DNA of 64,000 nucleotides from Geosiphon pyriformis uo1 (Eukaryota > Fungi > Glomeromycota): contig JAAOMT010000675.1 of assembly GCA_016748015.1 (NCBI GenBank), positions 310,001 through 374,000 of the forward strand. The letters run 5' to 3'. A program made the translations under genes and the position numbers. Below, in pieces: positions 51,401 through 64,000 of this stretch (its first letter is position 1; each line of letters starts with the position of its first letter). The notes below the pieces were generated by a model. It was given only the letters and a program-made list of their open reading frames with translations, did not search any database and had not been told where the DNA came from.

Positions 51401-52688
51401 ACAATCAATAAATGTTTTAAAATTACAATTTTTTCTTGAATTAATCTTTTATTATCAAAAATTGCATATTTATTTAATTATTATTGAAATATTTTTTAAC
51501 AAAAAACATTTAAAACTTTCAAAAAAAAATTGATTACTAAATTTATTTTAAAGTAACTTAACTTTAACAAACTATTTATTCTTTATATTAATGTTTCTAA
51601 TGTTTTTTTTGGTATTATTTTATTATAAAAAAATAAAAAAAAGAACATATTATATCTTATAATAACAAAACTTTTTAACAAGTTAAAAAAATTACATAAT
51701 TACCAAAAAAAAATTTAATTATAATATAATTTACTGTTTATTAATATAAATATTTTTTTGAAAAACAATTTAATATTTATATTAATTATTAATTTTTAGT
51801 TTAATTAAAGAACAAAAAAAAACTAAAACAAAAAAAACTAGACTATTAAAATTTTTTTTGTTAGATTATACATTTAAAAAAATATAATTACAATATTAAG
51901 TATTACAAAAAAACAAATAATTAAAATACAGATACTTTATTTTAATTAATTGTTTAATAAAAAAACAAATTAGCAATAACCAATTAAATTAATTATTAAT
52001 AATTTACTTCAAATTAAAAATAATAATAAACTTAAAAAATTATTTAATACTTATTAGAATACAATTAACAACAAAAAAATACTTAAAAAAACAATCAAAT
52101 TTTTATCGAATTTTTTAAAACTAATTATATTAAAAAAACCAAAAATTTTATCAGAAAACAAATAATAATTAAAGATAAATTAAAGTATAATTTATTATTA
52201 ATTTATAAAAAACTGTTATAAAAAAACAGAAAATTGGCAATAAAATAGAGAAGTAAATATTTAAATACATGATTACTAAAATATTTTATTTTTTCAATAT
52301 ACTTAGAAAACAATAAAAAAAGTTTTGTTTATAAACAAAAAATTATTATATAAAAAACAATTTAATATTATAAAAAACTTGGTAAAATTATAGAAAATAT
52401 AAAGCTTTTAAAAAAAACAATTTTAAAAATTTAGGCAAAAATATTAAACATTATTTATTTTAATTTTTTAATATTTTAATTTTTTAATATTTTAAAAGTT
52501 TTAATTATTGTAAAAAAAGCCAAAATACTTATATAAAAGTTTAGTTTTTTGGATTTAAAATTAATATTGTTATAGTTTTTTTATATATTATTAGTTAAAA
52601 ATTTAACAAATTAATTGGTTTTAAGATAAAATTTCCAAAATCTTTCTTAAATAAATTTTGTCAGAGCTTAATTTTTTTAAGAAGATAA

Positions 52689-53362
52689 TATTATGATTAA
52701 AAATTTTACTTTTAAATTTTTATTTATTTAATTAACAATAATTAATTCTATATATTAGCCACTAATATTTTTAATTAATCACTTTATTTTTATAAGTAAT
52801 TGTTAATATAATTGTTAATATAATTATTAACTTAATTAATAACTTAATTAATAACTTGATTATTAATTTAATTATTGAATTAATTATTAACCAAATTATT
52901 AATGTGATTATTGACTTAATTATTAACCAAATTATTAATATAATTATTAATTTAATTATTAATTTTTTTTTAAGAATATATAAGCAAGATTTATTAAAAT
53001 TGTAAAAATTTATTTAAATTTGGATTAAATTTATTCAAAACAAAGATTAATACCATAATATAAATTTCTTTATTTTTTTATTATTTTTTTTTTGATTTGT
53101 ATAATTATTAGTTTTTGTAAAGTATATTAAATAAATGTTTACTAAAAAATACAATTAATATTTAGTATTAAATTTTAAAAGCATTAATGCAAAACATAAA
53201 TTTACATAAATATTATTTTTTGTTAATAATACAAATTATTTCACTATTTTCAGATTTTTTTGTTATATTTTGGAAAAAATAACGACTGAAATATTTATAA
53301 GATTAATTTTAAATATTGAATTTTTACTAATTTAATTTATTTATTAAAGTTGAATTATTTTA

Positions 53363-53402
<40 letters not shown>

Positions 53403-53451
53403 ATATTATTCTTTTTTGCTATTTATTAACGTATTATATCTGATTGTAACA
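52689..53451 (+). repeat. 3' LTR of the old Gypsy, with 14 x 12-bp decayed units at 52797-52964
   Basis: Aligns to the reverse complement of the young LTRs (tattagccactaat; gactgaaatattt; aaagttgaa; ends gtaaca). Confidence 0.85.
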
Positions 53452-56023
53452 TTATAATTAAAATATACAGAATTCAAACTTTAAATACAAAAGCAATTTT
53501 AAGTAATTTAAATTAAATTTTAAGTAATTTAAGTTAAAATTCATGTATTTTAAAATGAAATTGATTAAAGTTTTTCAAAATAATAAATAGTTTATTGAAA
53601 TTTATATTTATTTACAAAAATTAGCAAATATTTTAATAAAAACAAGAAATTTAAGAATATAAAATATTATAATAAAAACTTATATAAAAAAATACTTTTT
53701 TTTTTTCAAGAAATGTATTTTATAAAAAATATTTAACATATTAATATTTTTTATATTTGAAATAAAAATTTATTTACAAAAACAAATTTTTTTTTGATTA
53801 AAAATAATCAACTTAAAACAATTTTATTTATTTATTATATTAAAAACTAATAAACTTAATTATTAATTATTAATTTATGAATTAACTTAGAATATTAGAT
53901 CTAAAATAAATATTATTGTTATTAATTAATAAAAATATTAACTTTTTGAATTTATAAAACTAAAAAAAATAGTTATTAAATTTTGTATTGTAAAAAACAA
54001 ACAAAATAAAAAACTATTAAGTAAACAGTTTTAAATTAGTTTTATAAAAATTTTTTAAAACTTAAATTATTATATTTAAAGATTTTTTATAGCTAAAACC
54101 AGATAGTAATTGCTTAAATAATTTAAATTTAAATATTAATCTGTAGTATTCTTTTATAAATATTTTTAAAACAATATTGTATTAATAAAATATTATCTTT
54201 TTTGGTGTTTTTAAAGTACTATTTTTATTTTAAAATCTGTTTTTTTTTGGTAGAAAATAAAACATTAACTTTAACCAGTTTTTTAATGTTTATATAAGCT
54301 TTATTATAACTTTATTAAATTATAATGTTTATTTTAAATTTGGTTATAAACAATAGTTTTTTTATTATTTAAATAATAGCAGTAATAATATATTTGCTAA
54401 AATTAATTTTAATTTATATATGGTTAAATTATTTAATACATTAAATTTTGTTAATTTTTAAAGTAAAAAAAAATTATGTTTTTATATATATAATTTTAAT
54501 TGATTAATTTATTAAATTATTTAATTTTAAAAATTTGATTAATTAGATAGAACCTAAAGCACTTTTTTATTTTCTGTTTTTTAAAAATACTGTTTTTATT
54601 AAAAAACTATTACAAGTTATTAAAAATTTTCAAAGTAAATAGTTTTTATTTTAGTGTTTAATATAATTATAAAAATCAAAATAATTCATGTTAAATCTGC
54701 TTTTTAGTTTATATATTGTTTTTTAATTTAAAATTAGTGTTATTATCAGTTAAAAATTAGCAAAAATTATAAATAATATAAGAAATTAATTATTTATAAA
54801 ATAGTACAGTAATAATCTTAAAAAGATAATAATATATATAACAGCAAGCACTATATTATTATTATTATAATAATAAATACTATTTTAAAATAACAAAAAT
54901 AGAGTATTATAATATGTTGCTCTATAGAACTACAATATACAGTAATTTTTAATATTAAGAAAAACCATATTCGAAATTCCAGATTTTATTTAATAAATTT
55001 TATAATTAATTAAAAAAGATTATAAAGTAGCAATAGAAAAATTGAATTATTATTACGAAACTGTTATAGAACTTGCTTACAACTATTATTGAATGAAATT
55101 ATTTTTTGTCAACTGAATTTATTGGAAAAATAATTTCTGATCAAGATTAAAAAAAAATTTATTACTTTATTTAAAAAAGTGTTCAAAACTATTAACATTC
55201 TGTTTTTATAAATTAGAGAAACACTTTAGACAATTACAAGTTTAGCATTAAAAAAGATCCAAACAACAGCAGATAAAATTCAGAATTAGTTTCTGAAAAG
55301 AAGTATATTATATATAATATAAATAGAAACCTTATCCAAATATTATGACAAAAATCTTATATTGTGATTACAGTATTATTTAGCAATTTGAATTAAGAAA
55401 CTCACAAAAGACTGATTATAGTTTAAACTAAGACTTTAAATATTAGAATACCAAAATGATAGTGTTTAAGAACAATATTAAAAAACATTAAATTAATTAA
55501 CTTGAAAATAATCTAATATTAAATTTGTAATATTTAAAAATTTTTGAATACTTTATCTGAAAAATCTTGTTATTAATATCAAGTATACTATTAATACCAA
55601 TAATAAAAAAATATAAGCATGCTTATTAATATATATTCATTGACATTGTTATTATAAGATTGAGAAAATATTACTTTGCTGAAAATTTTCATTAATTTGA
55701 TGTCATTTAGGGATGGTGTAGACGTTATATGTTCACTTTGTTTGCAATATGCCCATATTGAACATTTTTACATGAAATTTCTGATTAACATATAAGCAGA
55801 ATAAGACAGTTTTAACTTTACAAATATAAATTTTGAAAAAGAAATAATAACATATAGTATAACAAAAAGTGTTTTGGTATCGGTATCGGTATCGGTATCA
55901 ATAAAATGAAACGGTGTTTTCTTAGTCTATTGGATGGTTAATCTAAAAAAAAATTTGGGATCAAAAAGTCCTGTCACCATAAGAAAAAATCCGAACCTTT
56001 CTTTCTCTTCCAAAAACATCATC

Positions 56024-56455
56024 TCAACATGACCCACAGGTATCCGGTCTACCAGCTTCACAACAAAAAAGCCCACATATACACCTCACCAATATCCACA
56101 CACATTTCATCAAAATTATAAAAACTCCAATACCAAATAACACCAAACCAGACAAACGAAAATAACCAACATATTGGCCAGCTCCATATTCCAATTGACA
56201 TCTATCCAATATATTTTGATCACACTTCAGCGGTAGATCCAAATAGCATGATTTACATTCATTCGAAATGTTATGTGTTTTCAAAATAGCGAAACTGCAA
56301 AGGATGATTGAGATCAGTATTAGGAAAAAACCCGTGATAATGAAAAGAGGATGCGGTCTTAGGTCTTCAGCATTGAATTGATCATCGGATTCCGAATCGG
56401 AATCTTCGTTATGGTGTTGGATGTAGTCGGATTTAGAAATTTTTGTTCTTTCCAT
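56024..56455 (-). CDS. Intronless hypothetical 143-aa membrane protein (2 TM helices, Cys-rich loop and tail)
   Basis: ATG at 56455; normal GC and CpG content; hydrophobic segments LFIITGFFLILISIILCSFAIL and LSGLVLFGIGVFIILMKCVWILV; CpG-rich upstream region. Confidence 0.75.
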   Translation of the reverse strand: MERTKISKSDYIQHHNEDSDSESDDQFNAEDLRPHPLFIITGFFLILISIILCSFAILKTHNISNECKSCYLDLPLKCDQNILDRCQLEYGAGQYVGYFRLSGLVLFGIGVFIILMKCVWILVRCICGLFCCEAGRPDTCGSC

Positions 56456-57060
56456 CAAAAGATTGGTGAGGGAGGGATGGGATGGAAAGGAAGGGAGGAA
56501 ATGAGTGATGAAAAGTTTTTTTCGTTTGTAATTTCGAAAATAAACAGAAAATTTTTCAATCAATCAATCAATTAATCAATTAGAGTGGGAGAAGAAAATA
56601 CGCTAGTTAATATTTTTTCAAGGGAAAGAAAAAACTGATAGGAGTAATTATTGAGATAAAAAAATTTGGATTAATTCGAAAAAAATGACCAATTATTTAT
56701 ATAACTGATATAAAATCTTGTAACGCGTCCAGAATTGAAGATTTCTCGCGCGCGTTTTCGAATTTGATGTATCTATAATGGTTTTTAGGATATGTTTTTC
56801 ATACGGGAAAATATTTGAAGATCAAGTAGGATCAAGGTTTTTACCGGAACCACTAAGCCATGCTTAGTTAGCCTTGATTCGTACGTCGGCAAAGCAATAG
56901 TACACTGCCTCAAAAACATGGTACCGAAACAGCCTTGTAGAATCAAGTCAAACCAAAATTGAATTTTCCGTGATTAATAATCTACCGGAGACGATAAGTA
57001 AATAATTTAGAAAAATTAAAAAAGTTTTCTATCAATCTAAGATAGTCTATAATCATTAAG

Positions 57061-57260
57061 AAATAGAAACAGAAAATAGAAATAGAAATAGAAATAGAAA
57101 TAGAAATAGAAATAGAAATAGAAATAGAAATAGAAATAAAAATAGAATTAGAAATAGAATTAGAAATAGAATTAGAATTAGAATTAGAATTAAAATTAGA
57201 AATAAAAATAGGAATAAAAATAGAATTAGAATTAGAATTAGGATTAGGATTAGAATTTGA
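57061..57260. repeat. Compound hexanucleotide microsatellite (AAATAG)n > (AATTAG)n > (GATTAG)n
   Basis: Directly visible; lies just downstream of the GPCR stop codon. Confidence 0.95.
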
Positions 57261-57325
57261 ATTAATTTTATGGATTTCTTTAATTCATAATTAATAAATA
57301 TTTTTAAAGTTCATATTAATTTTTA

Positions 57326-57644
57326 TTAAGACACTCTTCCTGAACTGTTGTAGGAATATGTGGTTGTTGATTATTGTAAATAGATTCATTAATAATGTAT
57401 GCAAAGGCATTTCCAACACCCCCAAAATTTATTCCTATGTTGTAATAAAGAATTTTTTTGTAAAAAAATATAATATTTTTGGTGAGAATAATTCAAAATA
57501 ATTATTGGAAACATTCAAATCGTATCAAAAGTCGAACTCACCAACTATTACTACAATCAAAGGCCAAAATGAGGTTTTCTATCGTGAAAATATATGATAT
57601 ATTAATCATAGTTTAACAACAACAACAACAATAACAACAACAAC

Positions 57645-57675
<31 letters not shown>

Positions 57676-58843
57676 TAATTATAATTATAATTATTATTAT
57701 AATTTTATTATCATTATTTACTACTTAGTCTTACCTGTAAAATATCTGTCACTAAAAAAATCATTACAGGAATCTATGAATAAAGAAATACAGAAATTCT
57801 TAAAATAAAAGCAATCTTTTTACCATTCATACATACATACATACATACATACATACATACATACATACATACATACATACATACATACATACATACATAC
57901 ATACATACATACATACATACCCATTGAATCATAAAGACCAATACGTAACTAGTAATCTTTCTTGTAACTCGTTCTTCAAAATTCATCCTTACAGGAGAAC
58001 CTATATTCGTTATAGTTGATTGATATTTTGATTGTTTTAAAATATCTTCTCTTCTTTCTTTGTGATTTTGAAATTTTGGATGATTTGGAAGCATTATAAG
58101 AATCCGAAAAAAGCAAAAAGAAGTGACAAAAACCACTGATAACATTGAGATTATTAAGAATGTTGTGTAAATAAAATGATTTTTTGATTTCAATGCACAC
58201 CTAAAAAAAATTAAAAAAAAAAAGGATTTTTAAATAAAATTTATATATATAATAACAAAATTTCTTCAATGCAATAAAATAAAATAAAAATAAAAATAAA
58301 AATAAAATACAATTAAATACAAACCAATACATATTTTCCTTTCCAAATCCATTGAAAATAATTCCTGGTAGAACAGTTAAAATAGTTGAAAGTCCAATCA
58401 ACCCAAATAATTTTATATCATAAGTTCCAAAATCCACGATAAATTTTTGTTTTACTTTTAAGTAAGTCGTTATTGCGATGATTCCGTAGAGATAATAATT
58501 GTTTGAAATTGCAATTTGTTGAAATATACCGATTATATTACATGCTGGTTCAGGCCATGGATTTTTATAAGTTGCAGTATATGTCTTTTTTGAATTTTTT
58601 AATAATTGAAAATATTCATAATGGATGAGAAAAGAGTAAGTATGAAAATTTTCAATGATTAAATAAATTTTTTTTTGAAAATTACCAAAGATTTACCAAA
58701 TTAAGTATATGAATAATAACTATCATCAAGTCTACAAAAAAAATTTGATTATAACTCTCAAAACTTTATAAAAACAATTTTTTTTAACTCACCAGTCAAA
58801 GCAGTATAAAAAGGTAATCGATCAGACATCCTTAATTTAAATC

Positions 58844-58906
<63 letters not shown>

Positions 58907-58927
58907 TATTATTATTATTATTATCAA

Positions 58928-59002
<75 letters not shown>

Positions 59003-59186
59003 TATTATCATCATTATTATCAACATTATTATCATGATTATCATTAATTTTGCTACGATTTTTTCCTTCCCACCATTTCCAACCAGTTTTCCAAATCACG
59101 TATAGGCATCCAAAAAGATTTAAAGAGATGCTTATAGTTGAAACTATTAACATGATATGAAATTCTTCATTTGTTTCGTATGACAT
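57326..59186 (-). CDS. 7-TM G protein-coupled receptor, Git3/Gpr1- or cAMP-receptor-like. Exons 59186-58793, 58731-58697, 58584-58325, 58200-57921, 57773-57735, 57578-57542, 57434-57326
   Basis: The GT-AG spliced frame gives seven hydrophobic segments and the motifs LRMSDRLPFYTALTDL, WPEPACNIIG, AITTYLKV, DFGTYD.KL, YWC, RKITSYVLVFMIQWIP, INFGGVGNAFAYIINE. Confidence 0.88.
57828..57920 (-). repeat. (GTAT)~23 microsatellite starting exactly at the 5' splice site of GPCR intron 4
   Basis: A (cata)n run on the plus strand abuts the exon ending ...CAATGG. Confidence 0.95.
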
Positions 59187-60034
59187 TTGGATGCTGATTG
59201 AATTAATAATTAATCAGGATAAAATTCCAATCAATGGTGAATAATGAAGATGGACAAAAAGAACCCAAGAGCATAGACTGAAGTATGGGATATCAATTTT
59301 AGGATCAAAGAAAAATGTATTTACTTCAAGGATTATAATGAAAAAGGTCGTGATGAAAGTGAAATTTAAACTTAATTATATCCTTATTCTCTCTGAAAAA
59401 ATAAAAATAAAAATAAATTTCAAAATATACGCGTTTCTTATATCACAAGAATGTCATGATAATAACTACTAATCTAAACACGGTTTTCAAGGCTGGCGAT
59501 AAGATTAAATGACGAGTACAACTTTATCTGTTTATTATAAATGAAGATCCTGTGGCGTTACACCGCCCTTGAAAGTCTTTTTTCTTTTAATGATTTACCG
59601 AGCTCGTGAGAGTGATTGTTTGGGAATTTTTTTTTATTTGTTGGGGCAACATGATAGATTTCTGTTTTTACTTGTGTTGAAAAAATTTTTTCTTGTTTTC
59701 CCTGGCTTGAACACTTTTAGTACTTTTAATCAAGTATCTGCAGTATATCAAATATTTATTCGATGGGGAGAAAATCAGATATTTTCGATTAAAACATTTT
59801 TGAAACTTAAAATCACAATATGATGGGGTGGATAGATTATTAGGAAATGGTAAAGATGATATTTTTCAAGTATTCGAATATCATTACTCTAATTTCTTAA
59901 TGTCTAATTTTTTTTTGTCAAAAATGCTTTTCAACCAATAGATTATAAATATAATGCCAAAAAAAATGAATAAATTACAGACTAATTTTAATTGTAATAC
60001 TTATTTACAAATTTTTATAAATATAATAATAAAA

Positions 60035-60074
<40 letters not shown>

Positions 60075-62629
60075 TAAATAATCAAGTTTGAAAATTTTTC
60101 TTATTATTTATTTGACAAAATTACCTTACTTTTTATTATGAAAAATCTATATTTTTTTTTATTTTTCGGACTTTTCACAATATGTTTTTACAACTTTTTT
60201 TGCTTTCAACTTCTTAATAAATGTAAAAATTGTAAAAATTATATTTTTCACTTTAATGAAAGAGCAATCCAAATGAATTTTCTTATAAGTAATAAAAAAA
60301 GAATTTTCTCATGTTTAAAAGAAAAAAAAACTTGGAATTGGAAAATTGTCTGGAAATCTTATTCATAAATAACTTTTGACGAAGAACCAAAGAAAATAAA
60401 ATTGTACAACAATAAAAATGAATTGGCTAATTAATAAACTTATTAATAACATGAGAAAAAGAAAATTATGTTAAAAGAGAAAATATATTATTAAAAAAAT
60501 GAAAAAAAAATCAAGTTTATTTAATTGTTCTTGCCATAAAATATTGCAAAAAAAAGGGTTTGATTGTTGAAAAGTAATTTCTTTTCCAAATAATTAATAA
60601 AAAAAAATCATCAAAAACTTTTTTGAATTCTTAACAAGATTTTATTTACATAATATATTTAATATTTAATATTTAATGAAATCTTTTTTGTTTTTAATAC
60701 ATTCTTAAATATATTTTAATGCTCAAAATTTTTATAAAAATTTTTATTAATTATATTTTTATTTTTCTTGTAAATCAATGAATAAATTGTGAATATATGC
60801 AGAACATAAACTTTGTTTTTCAACTTGTTTTTGTAAATAATATCATAAATACTTAATTTAACTGAAATTAAGTAATTGTTTTAATTATTGTAAAATTAAA
60901 TTAAAATGTTTCTGAATAATCCAAGTTTTATTATTTTTAAAAAAATTAATTAAAGCATTATTTTCTTGAAACTATAAAAATAAAAATAATTAAATTTCTA
61001 TAAAAACTATAATAATAAATAATTTTTTTTAAAAATTTTAATATATATATTCAAATTAATTTATTATTTCTTTAATTCTCTTTATATTCTTTAAAAATTA
61101 TCAAAAAAAAAATAAATTGAATTTTTGATTCCATCTTTTTATTTTTTAAAATAAAATGTTTAATTTATATTATTTAAACCAATTTTTTTATTAAAAATTA
61201 TGTTATCTGCTTTTATAATAAATTAAAAAAATTTTGTTTTTTGCTCAAAATTTTATTTGTAATTTCATTTTTAATTTAAAATATTAATCAAATTATTTTC
61301 GAAATGATTCAAATGTTTGTTTAATTCAAAAAATTATTTAAAATTAAAATTCTTTTAAAACTATTAAAAAGTTTTTTTTATGATTTTTTATTAGTAAATT
61401 TAAATTTAGATTTTAATAGCAAATATCAAATTATTTATTCAAAAAATACTTTAACTAACAAAAAATAATAATACAAATTAAAAAACTTTTATAAAAATAT
61501 TCAAATAAAAAAATAAATTATTTATACTTAAATAATTAAATAATTTTTTATAACTTTAAAAAGTTTCTTTATAAATTTTTTAACAAAATAATTTAGTTTA
61601 TAATTAAAATAATAATTGATTTTAAAAATAAAGTAATTAAAAAAATATAATATTTATTATTATTATTATTATTATTATATTTTAAAAAAGTATAACTCAA
61701 TTATTATTTAATATAATATAATATAATATAATAGTAAATGTTTTAAATTAGATATAATTCATGTAATTTTTATATATAATAAATCACTTAAACTAATCAA
61801 AACTAAATCACAATAAATTTACAAAATAAAACTTATTTAAAACAATTATTCTTGAAAACTAAACTAATTATCTATATTATTCTTACAAATATTTTTTATA
61901 AAAATAAAAACAAAGAATTTTATATTACTAATAAAAGAATGTGAAATTTAAACAAAATTAATTTTTAAATGACGAGAAGCTTTTTCTAGAAATATCTTTT
62001 TGTAAAAAGAAACGATATTCAGTAATAATAATCAATTCAATAACATCAAAACCATTTTTTTTTCAAAATGCTCAAGTTAGATAATTGAATATTTTACCAA
62101 TAATTTCAAAAGTTATTATGTCCAATTTTCTAAATAATAAAATTTTAGATAAATAATGAAAAATTATTCATATTGTTAAAGATCACTGTCATTATTATAT
62201 TTAATAATTCTTGAAAAAAAAATTTTTTTTTTTTTTTTTTTAGATAAGAATATTTGAAAATAATTTAGATATTTCAAGTGATATAATTAAATAAAAATTT
62301 AAAATAATAGCCAAAGATTTGAATGTTTTGTTCTTTAAGTATATATAATTTTCATTGTCGAAAAAAAATTCAATGAAAAAGATATCTCAAAATCTAATTC
62401 TTGGATAAAATTCCAAATCGTTTCAGAAAGTTTTCATAATAATCTAAATATTATTAATAACTTAATCAAAACTAGTTTATCCTAACGAAAATCAAGGTCA
62501 TTTTATTAGCAGAAATATTAGTCACTCTGTTTATTTGTAATTCGGTCGTCGAATTATTAAAGGAAAAAATTCCGAACAATTATTTCTTCTCGAAAAATTT
62601 AACAATATTCTAAAAGTATAATAGTATCA

Positions 62630-63957
62630 ATGGAATTGCAAAATGTGTCTAAAAATATACTTTACCTGATTCGTATGATAATAAACACTTTCGTAGCTTT
62701 CCTACAGTTAATTTTCACAGAAAAATCGTCTTTTAAAAGCATCAGGCATGTTTTTAAATTTTGGTTATCCCTGCTAATTATCATGATAGTATGGTTATTA
62801 TCCGAACATTATTTTGGGCTAAAAATAATGGTTTGCCTAAGGAATATTTCCAGAACATATATCAGTTACCAATATAAAATCATAAATTTTGAGATTTCTG
62901 ACTCTCGGTTTAAACCCAAGTTTCCTCCCCAGTTTTTCTATAATCGTCAAGCTAAAGCTGATGTAGATTATATGATACAGCAACATTCAAAGTTTCAAAA
63001 AAGATCCGATTCCCAAAATAATGGGGTTAAAGCGATCGTGAAAAATCCATCGCTCCTGAAAAAATTACGTTTATACGCATGGTATGCGGGACAATCTTAT
63101 TGTTTGAATGATAATAATGGATATTTATCTCCTGGGATTTATGGTAGGGAATATTTCAAAGTAATGAAAAGAATTAAATTAGAAATATGAAAAGTGTTTC
63201 ATTATTAGATCATATAGAAACGAAAAACTTGACCTCTGAAAATTCTTTGCATCACAGTCGAAAAAAAAACTCTTACTGAAGAGAAAGAAATAATTCTGAT
63301 AATTCGTGGAGTAATCTATACACCAGAAAAATGGTTAAAGAGAACTAAGAACGTACTCACCTCATACCCTAAAATTCCGGATGGACAAGTAGATGCATTC
63401 TTTTGGCAGCAATTCAAGGGAGCAAGATCTAAAATTTTTCAAATGTTAAAAGAGGCAGTGACAACGGTGAACATAATTAAAATTACATTTATTGGGCACG
63501 GAGTCGGTGGAGGTATGATTGATTGGATGAGTTTGTTATGAATTTATAATTTTTTCTATTAATAAGATCTTGAAACTTTCTTTATTTATATAAACTTTTA
63601 AATATTCAAGTGCATGCAATATTCGCCATGCTCGATTTTTATTCTTTTCTCAAGGATATTAAATTAAGAGCCGTCACATTTGGCCAACCACGCATAGGTG
63701 ACCGCGTATTTGCTCATAGGATCAATACTTTAGTTTCCAACAAAGAAATTTCAATTCTGAGAGTTACAAGATTCGATGATCGGGTCCCTAGATTACCAGA
63801 AAGAATGTTGAATGGTAAATCTCGATATCAACATTCGTTGTTAGAATATTGGATTTCGGATGAAGATGACTGTGAATGTGAAAAAATTCATCTTTGGAAA
63901 TGTCATGGACCATTGGAGAATAATCTTGACGGGAGTTCATATACGACGGAGAGTTTA
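62630..63957 (+). CDS. Class-3 lipase-like protein with an N-terminal hydrophobic anchor and a non-catalytic GHGVGG elbow; partial. Exons 62630-63143, 63258-63512, 63611-63957; continues beyond the window
   Basis: The spliced translation contains YAWYAGQSYC, ILIIRG, ITFIGHGVGGVHA, VTFGQPRIGD, RVTRFDDRVPRLP and YQHSLLEYWI, the Lipase_3 motif series. Introns are GT-AG. Confidence 0.88.
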
Positions 63958-64000
63958 GTAAGATTTTATTTTATTTTATTTAATTTGAGGCTGGAGATGA

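Larger units (their letters stand above)
40297..53451 (+). mobile_element. Old, A/T-eroded Gypsy element of the same family as the nested young element; partial 5' LTR 40297-40529, PBS remnant, gag split by the insertion, RT, most of integrase deleted, ORF3 remnant, 3' LTR 52689-53451
   Basis: 40297-40552 aligns to the young LTR end plus PBS (ca taaaagt..t.......gtaa). The gag remnant reads across the insertion. 50881-51123 and 51281-51465 align to the young RT, 52146-52688 to ORF3/PPT, and 52689-53451 to the LTR. Confidence 0.85.

Noticed and set aside
57230-57260. Telomere-like TTAGG repeats
   Set aside because: The units are GATTAG variants of the adjoining AATTAG microsatellite, not TTAGGG.
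58832-59044. Poly-Met/Ile ORF
   Set aside because: Alternative frame of the (GAT)/(AAT) repeat in GPCR exon 1.

Overview
Eukaryotic, very AT-rich fungal DNA. Short spliceosomal introns and the TE families suggest Glomeromycotina, possibly Geosiphon-like; this is an inference from pattern recognition, not a search. Most of the window is nested retroelements of very different ages. There are at least six non-LTR (LINE) copies or fragments with ORF1 RRM+CCHC and ORF2 APE-RT-RNaseH-zf, and four Ty3/Gypsy elements, three of them eroded to almost pure A/T. Four host genes sit in CpG-retaining islands: coatomer epsilon (SEC28/COPE; 6 exons, first intron GC-AG), an orphan 2-TM Cys-rich protein, a 7-exon Git3/cAMP-receptor-like GPCR with an Asn/Asp expansion, and a class-3 lipase homologue lacking the catalytic Ser (runs off the window). 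The main signals are: (1) repeat-restricted, essentially transition-only C>T/G>A hypermutation in many contexts (RIP-like); (2) a Gypsy family with a conserved ~230-aa third ORF in the env position that reads through the PPT into the LTR, plus a copy-number-variable 12-bp U3 array and a 4-bp ATAT TSD; (3) a fossil Gypsy with a dUTPase between protease and RT; (4) LINEs with swapped 5' modules, ATGA-coupled ORFs and a co-varying 3' stem-loop. There is one 396-N assembly gap. All alignments were made by eye.
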